A DNA stretch of 56,076 nt, taken from IMG/VR virus record IMGVR_UViG_3300012953_000039, positions 1 to 56,076 of that record; one strand, 5' to 3'. This document shows, piece after piece, positions 1 through 9,077 of the stretch (its first letter is position 1; every line of letters begins with the position of its first letter). The notes under the pieces are model-generated. The model was given only the letters and a program-made list of their open reading frames with translations. It made no database searches and had not been told where the DNA came from. The translations under genes were made by a program, and so were the position numbers. The DNA comes from a virus. Lineage: Duplodnaviria; Caudoviricetes.

Positions 1-2
1 AA

Positions 3-1226
3 GATTTAAAACCTTGGCAAAAAGGTTTTGAACTAGATTATTTAAAAGACCTAGAGAAAAGGTTTAATAGTTATAATAAGTTTGCTCAACACGAATTGAG
101 TAAATTTAAAAAGAACAATATAGCAGACGCATTAGACAAAGACCAAATACAACTATTAGGTAAAGGTTTAATACACTATACAAAGACTAAAGTTAAATCA
201 AATATCTTTATGTTTCCAGGTGTACTATTAGGTACTAAACAACCTGGCGATATAAACATAAAACACTTTGGTTATAAAACAGAAGATGATATCAATAATA
301 TCATTACAGAATTAAAAGAGAATACAGAATATACTAGTAATAATGTTTGGTTGTTTATTAATGAAGAAAGTCAAGAAGACAAAAGTATCGCTGATAAGGC
401 AGGATTTAATAAGATAGGTGTTAAGTACAATTCAGTTGCAGATATCATTGGTGTCTATTATAAAGACGCAGAGAGTAAGTTTGAAGATACACAACACCCT
501 AAAGTACCTGTGTATGAGAAGTATACACTTAAACCTTTTGCATTAGACTTTGAAGATGTTGTACCACAAATTGCAAAACAACTAGAAGAAATGGAAGTAG
601 AATTTACTAATCACTATTCTAATTATAATAAGGCAAAATCTTGGAGTGCAATATCATTAAGAGGTTATACACCTGATTATAAATTTATTACTAAACCTAT
701 TGAAATGAATAAGAAGTGGAAAGAAGAACATAAAGATGAACACTTTGAATTACAAGATACAGAGTGGCGTAAAAAGTTTCCATTAGTAGAAAAGATTTTA
801 AGTCAGTTTCAAACAGAAATACATAGAGTAAGATTTATGAATTTGAAACCTGGTGGCGGAGAACTTGAAAGACATACAGACCAAGTTGACCCAGACCTAG
901 GTATTCAAGATGGTAGACTTATGAGAGTACACATACCTATTAAGACAAATGCAAATGTAGAGTTTACAAGTTGGTCAACAACAGGTAGTAAAGTAATTGC
1001 AAATATGGACACAGGTAGTTGCTGGTATCTTGATATAAGAAAACCACATATGGCAATAAACAATGGTAACGATTGGCGTACACATTTAGTTATAGATGTT
1101 GTCGCAAATGAACAAGTCAGAAGTATGTTATCTCCTGACTATCAACAAGATAAAAATTATAATGCAGAAAGTGATTATACAATGAGACTTGATAACGATA
1201 AAAAACTATATAGGAAGGTAATATGA
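3..1226 (+). CDS. 5'-truncated protein with C-terminal aspartyl/asparaginyl beta-hydroxylase-like 2OG-Fe(II) oxygenase domain
   Basis: Frame is open from position 3 (DLKPWQKGFEL...), so the true start lies outside the window. C-terminal RVRFMNLKPGGGELERHTD...RVHIPI...KPHMAINNGNDWRTHLVID shows the HxD...H iron triad and the conserved Arg. Confidence 0.62.
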   Translation, partial: DLKPWQKGFELDYLKDLEKRFNSYNKFAQHELSKFKKNNIADALDKDQIQLLGKGLIHYTKTKVKSNIFMFPGVLLGTKQPGDINIKHFGYKTEDDINNIITELKENTEYTSNNVWLFINEESQEDKSIADKAGFNKIGVKYNSVADIIGVYYKDAESKFEDTQHPKVPVYEKYTLKPFALDFEDVVPQIAKQLEEMEVEFTNHYSNYNKAKSWSAISLRGYTPDYKFITKPIEMNKKWKEEHKDEHFELQDTEWRKKFPLVEKILSQFQTEIHRVRFMNLKPGGGELERHTDQVDPDLGIQDGRLMRVHIPIKTNANVEFTSWSTTGSKVIANMDTGSCWYLDIRKPHMAINNGNDWRTHLVIDVVANEQVRSMLSPDYQQDKNYNAESDYTMRLDNDKKLYRKVI

Positions 1227-1312
1227 AATCATTTTGGATAGTATTTGGTTGTGGTATTCTAGTAGGTTGGTGGAGTGTCGCAATGTTAATGTGGATAGGA
1301 TTTATGTTTTAG
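1223..1312 (+). CDS. small hydrophobic hypothetical protein (29 aa)
   Basis: MKSFWIVFGCGILVGWWSVAMLMWIGFMF; ATGA overlap with the upstream stop; fills the gap exactly. Confidence 0.3.
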   Translation: MKSFWIVFGCGILVGWWSVAMLMWIGFMF

Positions 1313-1313
1313 T

Positions 1314-2069
1314 ATGAAAGCGTATGAGTTTCCAAAAGTAGAAATAGAACAACACGAAGGTATCTATGTAGTCCGTGAAGACAAACTAGAAGGTGGGTCT
1401 AAACGAAGATTTATAGATAGATATATTCGTGAAGAAATGTCTAAAGGTGCAAATGAATTTGTGTTTGGTGGTTGTCCTGCAACTGGATATGCTCAAATGT
1501 CATTACCTTTACAAGCAAAACAATATGGTGCTAAGGCAACATTCTTTATGGCAAAAAGAAGTTTAGATAACTTACACCCTTACCAAAAGAAAGCATTAGA
1601 ATATGGTTGTGATATTCGCTGGGTTGAAATGGGTATGTTAAATGTAACATTATCTCACGCTAGAAAATATTACGAAGAAGACACTTATCATAGAAGAAAC
1701 TTTCCATTGGGTTTAGAAGACGAAAGAGTAATAGAAGATATAGAAGAATTAGGTAAAGCAATCGCAGATGAATGGTCTCACGAAAACTTTTCAGAGATAT
1801 GGACCGTAGGTTCTAGTGGTACTTTATCAAGAGGATTACAAAAAGCATTTCCTAGTTTAGAAGTACATTGTGTATCAGTAGGACACAAAATGAGTGAAAG
1901 AGAACTAGGTAGAGCAAAGTTTTATAGGTCACCTTATAAATTTGATAAACCTATTAAGAAAGAAGAAGCGCCACCGTTTCCGTCTGCACCAACATATGAC
2001 GCAAAGGCGTGGCCATTTATTAAACAATATGCAAAGCCAAGAGCTTTGTTTTGGAATGTAGGAGCGTAA
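1314..2069 (+). CDS. PLP-dependent enzyme, fold type II (ACC deaminase / D-cysteine desulfhydrase-like)
   Basis: VVREDKLEGGSKRRF (Schiff-base Lys motif), VGSSGTLSRGL phosphate-binding loop, PTYDAKAW and LFWNVG. Confidence 0.7.
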   Translation: MKAYEFPKVEIEQHEGIYVVREDKLEGGSKRRFIDRYIREEMSKGANEFVFGGCPATGYAQMSLPLQAKQYGAKATFFMAKRSLDNLHPYQKKALEYGCDIRWVEMGMLNVTLSHARKYYEEDTYHRRNFPLGLEDERVIEDIEELGKAIADEWSHENFSEIWTVGSSGTLSRGLQKAFPSLEVHCVSVGHKMSERELGRAKFYRSPYKFDKPIKKEEAPPFPSAPTYDAKAWPFIKQYAKPRALFWNVGA

Positions 2070-2070
2070 T

Positions 2071-2586
2071 ATGGCAGATATAGATATGACAACTTATTTT
2101 GCAGATGGTTTTGCTACTGGTCAACTAGAGTTTGATACATATGCTTTTGATGATATAAAGTTTCCTCAAATAGATTACGATGTACAAGTAAAACTAACAG
2201 AATATCAACAACAACAATTAGATAAAATAAAGACACAACTAGAGTTACAGATTTCAAAGACTTTCCCTAAATTTGAACTTACAGAAGAACCAGGTTTCTG
2301 GCAAGGTGTAACAAAAGAAAATAACGAATTTCATAATGATTATACTGCTGGAGATAAGTTTAATTCAAATATATTAGTATATCTTGAAGAAGGTACTATA
2401 GATAATGATAATTACATAGAAATATTAGGTGTTGATAAATGTAGAGTATACCCTTTAAGAGGTGAATTCGTATGGTTAAATCAACAACCTCAATTTGAAC
2501 ATAGGGCGAATAATGGTCAAGGTGTAAGAAGAGTAATACATTTTGCATATTATATTCCGTCTATTGACAACAAAGACAAAAAGTGA
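2071..2586 (+). CDS. putative 2OG-Fe(II) oxygenase
   Basis: FHND...NILVYL...VYPLRGEFVWL...FEHRA...RRVIHF: HxD...H...R double-stranded beta-helix pattern. Confidence 0.55.
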   Translation: MADIDMTTYFADGFATGQLEFDTYAFDDIKFPQIDYDVQVKLTEYQQQQLDKIKTQLELQISKTFPKFELTEEPGFWQGVTKENNEFHNDYTAGDKFNSNILVYLEEGTIDNDNYIEILGVDKCRVYPLRGEFVWLNQQPQFEHRANNGQGVRRVIHFAYYIPSIDNKDKK

Positions 2587-2592
2587 TAGAGT

Positions 2593-2763
2593 ATGAGTAA
2601 AGGTAAAGAAGAAGATAAAATATTAAAAGAAATATTAGAAACACAAAAAGAAATAAAAGTGAAATTAGATAAGATAGAAACTAGACTAGAAACACACATA
2701 GAAGAGATATGGAAAGTCTACGGACCTATCAAGAGACAAATACAGAAGTTTAAACTATGGTAA
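2593..2763 (+). CDS. hypothetical protein (56 aa, coiled-coil)
   Basis: Read manually: MSKGKEEDKILKRILETQKEIKVKLDKIE...KFKLW; tightly packed between neighbours. Confidence 0.45.
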   Translation: MSKGKEEDKILKEILETQKEIKVKLDKIETRLETHIEEIWKVYGPIKRQIQKFKLW

Positions 2764-2915
2764 AAGAACGAGAAAAAATATACGAAAGGAACCCTAATAC
2801 AGGAGTTATTCGTTGGCGTTATGTAAACGAAAGTCCTGATAAGTTTGGGTGGCCGAATTATGGTAGAATACTCCGAGAAGGAAAAAAGAAGAAGAACACT
2901 AATAACACTAGGTAA
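2757..2915 (+). CDS. hypothetical protein (52 aa)
   Basis: Read manually: MVKEREKIYERNPNTGVIRWRYVNESPDKFGWPNYGRIL...; overlaps upstream stop. Confidence 0.45.
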   Translation: MVKEREKIYERNPNTGVIRWRYVNESPDKFGWPNYGRILREGKKKKNTNNTR

Positions 2916-2916
2916 T

Positions 2917-3066
2917 ATGAAAATGAATATAGTAGCAAAAGTAGATATAACAGACTATCAAGATGTTGCAGATTGTATAAGAAGTGACCAAGTACCTGCT
3001 TCAGCGATTGCAGAATACTTTACAGATAAGAAATTCTATGCTTGGTACAAAAAGAAATATCTATGA
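2917..3066 (+). CDS. hypothetical protein
   Basis: Track ORF 2845..3066; ATG at 2917 follows the previous stop and is the more plausible start. Confidence 0.5.
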   Translation: MKMNIVAKVDITDYQDVADCIRSDQVPASAIAEYFTDKKFYAWYKKKYL

Positions 3067-3329
3067 AAAAAGAAAGTATTGAAGAGTTTTTAAAAAGAGG
3101 CGGAAAAGTAGAAAAGTGTAAACCTGGTATGGCCTATAATATGGGGTCATTAGATAAGAGTAAGAAACCTAGTTGGACTAGAGAAGAAGTTGAAAGAGGA
3201 GAGGCAAGTGGAACAGCACCTTTACCTGATTTGACTTCAAGACAACAAGTTACATATGGTGGAACAACGGTTGAATATGGGGATAGGGTTCCTGTAGTAG
3301 ACCATAATTTGAAAAAAGAGAATGATTGA
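3063..3329 (+). CDS. hypothetical protein
   Basis: MKKESIEEFLKRGGKVEKCKPG; ATGA overlap with upstream stop. Confidence 0.5.
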   Translation: MKKESIEEFLKRGGKVEKCKPGMAYNMGSLDKSKKPSWTREEVERGEASGTAPLPDLTSRQQVTYGGTTVEYGDRVPVVDHNLKKEND

Positions 3330-3400
3330 GTTTTTATTATTTGTTATGTTTATGATAGTAGTATATTCAATGCCAATATTAATGTTAATGAGGTGGAACA

Positions 3401-4549
3401 ATGAAGAAGTTAACTGACACAAAAGGTAGTGCAACACTAGGCGACTTTGTAGATATACAAGGTGAAGAGAATATTACTAGTAAAGGTAATCTCAAAGGTG
3501 TAGTTACAGACGAGGCAGAATTAGAAAAGAATATACAAGAAGTATATGACTTCTGGCAAGAAGAAGGTTTCCCTTATTATAGTGTAGATGAAACTTGGCG
3601 AAGAGAAAAGATGAAAAAACTATGGGCAGTAGATTGCAAAAATCTATTGACTAAAGATGGTATCATTAAACCTCATCAAGAAGGTCTATCATTGGCGTGG
3701 TCTTATATGCCACATAGTTTTGCTATTAGATGTGGTAAAATGAAAACACCTATGGAGATATTTGAGAATGAAGAACATTTTAAAAAGGGTATTAAGAAAC
3801 TATTAACTGGTTCTTTTTTCGGTAAGTTTTCAGTTGATGATTTAAAACCTATATCGTATGACATATATGGTAAAAGAACTTATAGGTCAGAAGGTGCAAG
3901 ACATAAATCACAAAGTACAATGAGAAGTCTATTAAGAAGATATACAGGTACTCAATGTGTATCAAACTTTAGACCTACAGCGGCCGCTTGTTTATATCAA
4001 AACTTTATGAAACCAAACGAGTTAGTTTGGGATATGTCTATGGGTTATGGTGGTCGTATATTAGGTGCTATTATATCAAGAGTAAATTATGTAGGTACTG
4101 ACCCTGCCAGTTTAACATATGCAGGATTAAAACAGATTAAAGACGATTTTGGTAATGAGAGCAATCATTACTTCTTAAATAGACAAGGTAGTGAGACCTT
4201 TGTACCAAAAGAGAATAGTTTAGACTTTGCATTTACAAGTCCACCGTATTTCAATTGGGAACAATATTCAGATGACGCTGAACAATCATTTAAAAACTTT
4301 AGTACAAATGAAGATTGGAACGAAGGCTTTTTAAGAACGACAATCAAGAATGTATATAAAGGATTAAAACCTGGTAAGTATATGGGACTAAATGTGGCGA
4401 ATATTAAATCTCATAAAACCTTTGAAGATGATACCGTACGACTTGCAGTTGAAGAAGGATTTGAGCATACTGATACATACAAGTTGCAGTTGAGTAGTCA
4501 AGAAAGTGGCGCAAAATATGAACCTGTGTTTATATTGAGAAAGCCGTAA
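3401..4549 (+). CDS. DNA amino-methyltransferase (SPPY type, m4C/m6A)
   Basis: SNFRPTAA, SAM-binding WDMSMGYGGRILG and catalytic DFAFTSPPYF; paralogous to 18610..19887. Confidence 0.8.
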   Translation: MKKLTDTKGSATLGDFVDIQGEENITSKGNLKGVVTDEAELEKNIQEVYDFWQEEGFPYYSVDETWRREKMKKLWAVDCKNLLTKDGIIKPHQEGLSLAWSYMPHSFAIRCGKMKTPMEIFENEEHFKKGIKKLLTGSFFGKFSVDDLKPISYDIYGKRTYRSEGARHKSQSTMRSLLRRYTGTQCVSNFRPTAAACLYQNFMKPNELVWDMSMGYGGRILGAIISRVNYVGTDPASLTYAGLKQIKDDFGNESNHYFLNRQGSETFVPKENSLDFAFTSPPYFNWEQYSDDAEQSFKNFSTNEDWNEGFLRTTIKNVYKGLKPGKYMGLNVANIKSHKTFEDDTVRLAVEEGFEHTDTYKLQLSSQESGAKYEPVFILRKP

Positions 4550-4571
4550 ACCCCCAAAAAGCGTAAAAATC

Positions 4572-4640
4572 TGGTGATACAATCATACTAGGGTAGTCCT
4601 AAAACGCCCCTCAGCGCCGTCCTAGGGCGCCGTATTTTGG
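4572..4640 (+). repeat. GC-rich hairpin repeat, copy A (possible terminator ahead of an early promoter)
   Basis: Core CAGCGCCGTCCTAGGGCGCCGT (4612-4633) matches 51804-51825 at 21/22 nt; upstream ATACAA.CATAC also shared. Confidence 0.75.
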
Positions 4641-4706
4641 TATTCTAGGCGATATTGGGGCATATTACAGATATTTCACATAAGGGCGGTTTTAAGGGCG
4701 TATTCA

Positions 4707-4788
4707 AAAACCCTTATAAATCAACATAAAAAAAAGTTGAAAAAAAGTGAAAATAGTGCTTGACATATATTATTAGATATGGTACCTT
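4707..4788 (+). promoter_or_regulatory. early sigma70-type promoter with A-tract UP element
   Basis: TTGACA 4760-4765, 17-nt spacer, extended -10 TGgTACCTT (hexamer 4783-4788); phased A-tracts upstream. Confidence 0.7.
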
Positions 4789-4821
4789 ATATACATAATG
4801 AAAAAAAGGACTACTGACACT

Positions 4822-7149
4822 ATGATGAATTTTGATTCCAAATCCAATCTTGCGAAATTACTTGCAACCGAGAATATTGAAGTACAACACAATAATGTAA
4901 AAACTGCTAGTTTCAATCTAGTAGATAGAATTCTTACAATCCCTGTTTTTAAAAACCCTAAAGGTGCCGTCTATGATATGTTGATTGCACACGAAGTATC
5001 TCACGCTTTACATACTCCCCAAAAAGATTGGGAAGTTGCCGTTACAGAAAATCCTGATATAAGAGATTATATCAATATCATTGAAGATATCAGAATTGAT
5101 AAAATGATACAGAATAAATATCCAGGTGTAGTCCAAGATTACCTAGATGGTTTCAAGATTTTATGGAATGATAACTTCTTTGGTGCAAGAGATAAAGATT
5201 TAGATTTAGAATTACAATTGGCAGATAAGATTAACTTGTTTTACAAGTCTTCTAAAACATTGTCATTTGATTTTGATAATGCAGAAAAATTATTTGTTGA
5301 TATGTGTAACCAATGTGTTACATTTAACGATGTAGTTGAGGCCGCAAAAAAACTTGCCGAGTGGCAGAAAAAACAAAACGAAAATCTTAAAAAGTTACCT
5401 GACTTTGATAGTCACCCATTAACTAAAATGTATGGTGAACAAGAAAAGAAAGATGACGATGAGGAAAACCAAGGTGATAATCAATCTCAACAATCCGACA
5501 ATCAATCAACTCAATCTGACCAAGAGAAGAAGAGTGGAGAAGATAAGTCCGACAAACAAAACGAACAATCAAAAGAAGAAGGTTCCTCTGATGGCGAAGA
5601 CGCCAACACAAAAGAAAACAACGAAGATAAATCTTCTGGCGTAGATAAAGAAAATCAAACAGGTAATCCTGACGGTGCAGGTGGCAATGATGTTAAAATC
5701 AATATGCCATTGAAGACAATTACTCAAAGTGCAATTGATAAAAACATTGGTGATAAGTATGTTGACAACAAGGCAAAAGGTTTTGCATATCTTGGAATAC
5801 CAGAGGCACAATTAAAGAATATAATCGTACCAACTAAAAGATGGATTAAAGATGGTCTTGACGCTATTAGAAGTCAACAATCTGCTTACAATCCAAATTA
5901 CGAAGAATATTCTCAATTCAAAAAAGATAGTGCAAGAACTATATCATATCTTGTAAAAGAATTTGAAATGAAGAAATCTGCCGATGGTTACAAAAGGTCT
6001 ACTACTGATAAGACAGGTATTATTGACCCTTTAAAATTACATCAATACAAAATTTCAGAAGATATCTTTAAAAGATTATCAGTTATTCCTGATAGTAAAA
6101 ATCACGGAATGATTTTACTTCTTGATTGGTCTGGTTCAATGTCTAATGTTATTGACAAGACCGTAGAACAATTATTACAACTAGTATGGTTTTGTCAAAG
6201 AATTGGTATTCCATACAAAGTTTATTTCTTTTGTGACCCAATTACTGAAAGAGGTTTCAATAACAGAAGAAGAGAAGGTGAAAATTTACAAGATGATAGT
6301 TGGAGATTTAAAGTTGGTAGTATGCAACTTAATGGTTTCAATTTAGTTGAAGTTGCTTCTCACACTTTGAAAAAACAAGAATTAGATAAGTCTTTATTCT
6401 TACTATATGCTTATGCGAAATACTATTGCGATAACTATGGTTACAGAAGAAATAGAGAATGGGTTGAAAGAATACAACCGCCATCACACTTTTATTTGTC
6501 ATCTACTCCTTTGAACGAAAGTTTGGCGTCTATGTATCAGATTGTTCCTATGTTCAGACAGAAATATCAAGTTGATAAAATGTCATTGATTACACTTACT
6601 GATGGACATAGTAACAACTCTAACAAATCATCTTTCTATACGGATCCAGAAAACCCTGGTAAGATGATTGCCAGAGAAAAAAATTATGGTGCAACACCAG
6701 TATTGAAATTTGGTAGAAAAGAATTGAAACTTAAATCTTCAGTAAATTATACAAGAAATGATACTACTGCTTTGTTATTAGAAGGTATCAAAAAGAAGTT
6801 TAATGTTACTACTATCGGTTTCTTTCTTGTACAGAATACTAGAAGGTGGGAATTTGAGAACTATGCTTTATCTGGTAAACAACAAGAATTACCTTATCAC
6901 TTAAAAGAAGAGATACTTTCTAAAATCAGAAAAGAGTTTAGTAAAGAAAAGTGTGCTTCTGTAAAGGCAGAAGGTTATAATGAATTCTTTTTAGTTAATT
7001 CAAAAACTATGAAAGTTGAGAATAACAACTTGAATGAACTAAAAGAAGACGCCAAGAAAGGCGATATCAAAAGAGTATTTGGTAAAAGTATGAAATCAAG
7101 AACGGTTTCCAGAGTACTTTTATCCAAATTTGTTAAACAGGTTGCATAA
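4822..7149 (+). CDS. CobT-like protein: N-terminal HExxH metallopeptidase-like domain, acidic linker, C-terminal VWA domain
   Basis: IAHEVSHALHT; D/E/Q-rich linker; MIDAS motifs LLDWSGSM, STPL, LTDG; adjacent to a MoxR-type ATPase. Start moved to the ATG after AAAGGA (track start 4798). Confidence 0.75.
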   Translation: MMNFDSKSNLAKLLATENIEVQHNNVKTASFNLVDRILTIPVFKNPKGAVYDMLIAHEVSHALHTPQKDWEVAVTENPDIRDYINIIEDIRIDKMIQNKYPGVVQDYLDGFKILWNDNFFGARDKDLDLELQLADKINLFYKSSKTLSFDFDNAEKLFVDMCNQCVTFNDVVEAAKKLAEWQKKQNENLKKLPDFDSHPLTKMYGEQEKKDDDEENQGDNQSQQSDNQSTQSDQEKKSGEDKSDKQNEQSKEEGSSDGEDANTKENNEDKSSGVDKENQTGNPDGAGGNDVKINMPLKTITQSAIDKNIGDKYVDNKAKGFAYLGIPEAQLKNIIVPTKRWIKDGLDAIRSQQSAYNPNYEEYSQFKKDSARTISYLVKEFEMKKSADGYKRSTTDKTGIIDPLKLHQYKISEDIFKRLSVIPDSKNHGMILLLDWSGSMSNVIDKTVEQLLQLVWFCQRIGIPYKVYFFCDPITERGFNNRRREGENLQDDSWRFKVGSMQLNGFNLVEVASHTLKKQELDKSLFLLYAYAKYYCDNYGYRRNREWVERIQPPSHFYLSSTPLNESLASMYQIVPMFRQKYQVDKMSLITLTDGHSNNSNKSSFYTDPENPGKMIAREKNYGATPVLKFGRKELKLKSSVNYTRNDTTALLLEGIKKKFNVTTIGFFLVQNTRRWEFENYALSGKQQELPYHLKEEILSKIRKEFSKEKCASVKAEGYNEFFLVNSKTMKVENNNLNELKEDAKKGDIKRVFGKSMKSRTVSRVLLSKFVKQVA

Positions 7150-7163
7150 ACTATGGAAAAAGT

Positions 7164-7238
7164 GTTGAAAATCAAGGGAAAAAAAGTTGAAAAAAACTTA
7201 AAAAAGTGCTTGACAATGCTTTTAACCTATGGTATGAT
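7164..7238 (+). promoter_or_regulatory. early sigma70-type promoter with A-tract UP element
   Basis: TTGACA 7210-7215, 17 nt, TGgTATGAT (7233-7238); near-identical to the promoter at 49816-49844. Confidence 0.8.
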
Positions 7239-7268
7239 GTATACATAAACTAAAAAAAGGACAATACT

Positions 7269-8510
7269 ATGATTACTTTGAATGAAAAACAAAAAGAGTT
7301 TGTTTCTGCCGCTCAGAAAATGGGCATATCAGAGACAATCACTTCCGACGAAGTTTTAAAAGTTGCCAAATCAATTGGCATAAACTTCAAACCACAATGG
7401 TTGACTAGAAATCCTGAATTAAGGGTTGGTAGAGGCGAATATAAATTGCCTGTAGACGGTCTACCTAGTGTTGAAAAACAAGTTAACACTAAAGTGTTGA
7501 ATGATACTCCTGCACCAGTTACTCAAACTGCTGTAGAGAATGAAACTCAAAAAGAGGCGGCGTATGTTATCTCTTCTTTGACAGGTGATATCGTTCCTAA
7601 AAAAGATGACACTTTCGTATCGTTTGGTAACCATCCTGATATAAGAAGTATCATCAAATCAAAACAATTTTATCCTATATTCATTACTGGACTATCTGGT
7701 AATGGTAAAACTTTTTCAGTTATTCAGGCGTGTGCCGAGAGTAAAAGAGAAATGATTAGGGTTAACATTACAATAGAAACCGATGAAGATGATTTACTCG
7801 GTGGTTACAGACTTAAAGATGGCCATACCGTATGGCAGAATGGTCCTGTTATTGAGGCAATGGAGAGAGGTGCTGTTTTACTTCTTGATGAGATTGACCT
7901 TGCAAGTAACAAGATTATGTGTTTGCAACCTATCCTTGAAGGTAACGGAGTTTATGTTAAGAAGATTAACAAATTCGTAAAACCTGCAAAAGGTTTCAAT
8001 TGTATTGCAACCGCAAATACAAAAGGTCAAGGTTCAGATGATGGTAAATTCATCGGTACTAATATTCTTAACGAGGCTTTCCTTGAAAGATTTCCTGTGA
8101 CCTTTGAACAGAAGTATCCTACTTCTAATACCGAACAAAAAATATTGAATAACACTCTTGCCATATCTGGTAAAAAAGATGTTCAGTATGTTGAGAAATT
8201 GTCCACTTGGGCTGATGTTATCAGAAAGACCTACTTTGATGGTGGCGTTGATGAGATAATCAGTACCAGAAGACTTGTTCACATAGTACAGGCTTATGCC
8301 ATCTTTGGTAATAAGATGAAGGCGATTGAACTATGTACTAACAGGTTTGATGAGGACACAAAGTCTTCTTTTGTTGACCTTTACTCTAAAGTAGATGGTG
8401 GGGCGACTGCCGAATCCATCGCTGAAGACCAAAAGGCAGAGGCCTTGAAGGCACAACAAATGGAGTCCAATGATAGTGAGGAAGATGAGGAAGAAGAAGA
8501 CCTTATCTAA
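7269..8510 (+). CDS. cobS: CobS-like MoxR-family AAA+ ATPase
   Basis: Walker A GLSGNGKT, Walker B LLLDEID, ATANTKG, NEAFLERF, ISTRRL. Confidence 0.85.
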   Translation: MITLNEKQKEFVSAAQKMGISETITSDEVLKVAKSIGINFKPQWLTRNPELRVGRGEYKLPVDGLPSVEKQVNTKVLNDTPAPVTQTAVENETQKEAAYVISSLTGDIVPKKDDTFVSFGNHPDIRSIIKSKQFYPIFITGLSGNGKTFSVIQACAESKREMIRVNITIETDEDDLLGGYRLKDGHTVWQNGPVIEAMERGAVLLLDEIDLASNKIMCLQPILEGNGVYVKKINKFVKPAKGFNCIATANTKGQGSDDGKFIGTNILNEAFLERFPVTFEQKYPTSNTEQKILNNTLAISGKKDVQYVEKLSTWADVIRKTYFDGGVDEIISTRRLVHIVQAYAIFGNKMKAIELCTNRFDEDTKSSFVDLYSKVDGGATAESIAEDQKAEALKAQQMESNDSEEDEEEEDLI

Positions 8511-8532
8511 ATCTATCCATAGTGTGGTCCTA

Positions 8533-8565
8533 GGAGAGAGGTGTAGTGGCCTCTCTCCACTTTTT
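8533..8565 (+). terminator. rho-independent terminator
   Basis: 9-bp stem GGAGAGAGG/CCTCTCTCC then ACTTTTT; outer GTGTGGT/ACCACAC pairing (8522-8574). Confidence 0.7.
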
Positions 8566-8593
8566 ATACCACACATAAATATGAAGGAAAACT

Positions 8594-8860
8594 ATGAAAT
8601 ATAATGAAGATAAAATACTAAACGAAATTAAAAAATACATTGGCGATACATATGGCCAACATTATTCATCTACTAAAGATGGTTTTCAAGTGCAAGATAT
8701 GTTAAGACACTTGGGAATAGATAAAGACTTTTGCCAATCAAATGCAATTAAATATATTTGCAGATATGGTAAGAAGAACGGAAAGAACAAAATGGATTTG
8801 TTCAAGGCAATACATTATCTTGTATTGTTAATTGATAGTGAACAAAAAGGAGGTAATTAG
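8594..8860 (+). CDS. DUF3310-like protein
   Basis: HY...FCQSNAIKYICRYGKKNG...DLFKAIHYL motif. Confidence 0.7.
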   Translation: MKYNEDKILNEIKKYIGDTYGQHYSSTKDGFQVQDMLRHLGIDKDFCQSNAIKYICRYGKKNGKNKMDLFKAIHYLVLLIDSEQKGGN

Positions 8861-8865
8861 TTTAT

Positions 8866-9075
8866 ATGTCAATTACTATAATGGTACGAAATAACAATGT
8901 GGAACAAGCATTAAGAGTACTAAAAAAGAAGTCTCAAAAAGATGGACTTTTTAAAGAGTTAAGACAGAGGCAATATTACGAAAAACCTTGCGATAAAAGA
9001 AATCGTAAGAAAAAAGAAATGATAAAGGCTTGTAAAAAAAGAGATAAAAAATTAGCCGCTATTAGAGGATATTAA
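8866..9075 (+). CDS. rpsU: ribosomal protein bS21
   Basis: VRNNNVEQALRVLKKK...ELRQRQYYEKP...RKKKE signature; 69 aa, basic. Confidence 0.9.
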   Translation: MSITIMVRNNNVEQALRVLKKKSQKDGLFKELRQRQYYEKPCDKRNRKKKEMIKACKKRDKKLAAIRGY

Positions 9076-9077
9076 GG

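Noticed and set aside
2564-2592. TTGACA-N17-TAGAGT promoter
   Set aside because: Lies inside a coding end and the -10 abuts the next ATG, leaving no room for a start site for that gene.
4798-8510. Cobalamin biosynthesis function for cobS/cobT-like genes
   Set aside because: No cobN or other cob genes in the window; architecture fits a generic MoxR/VWA pair.
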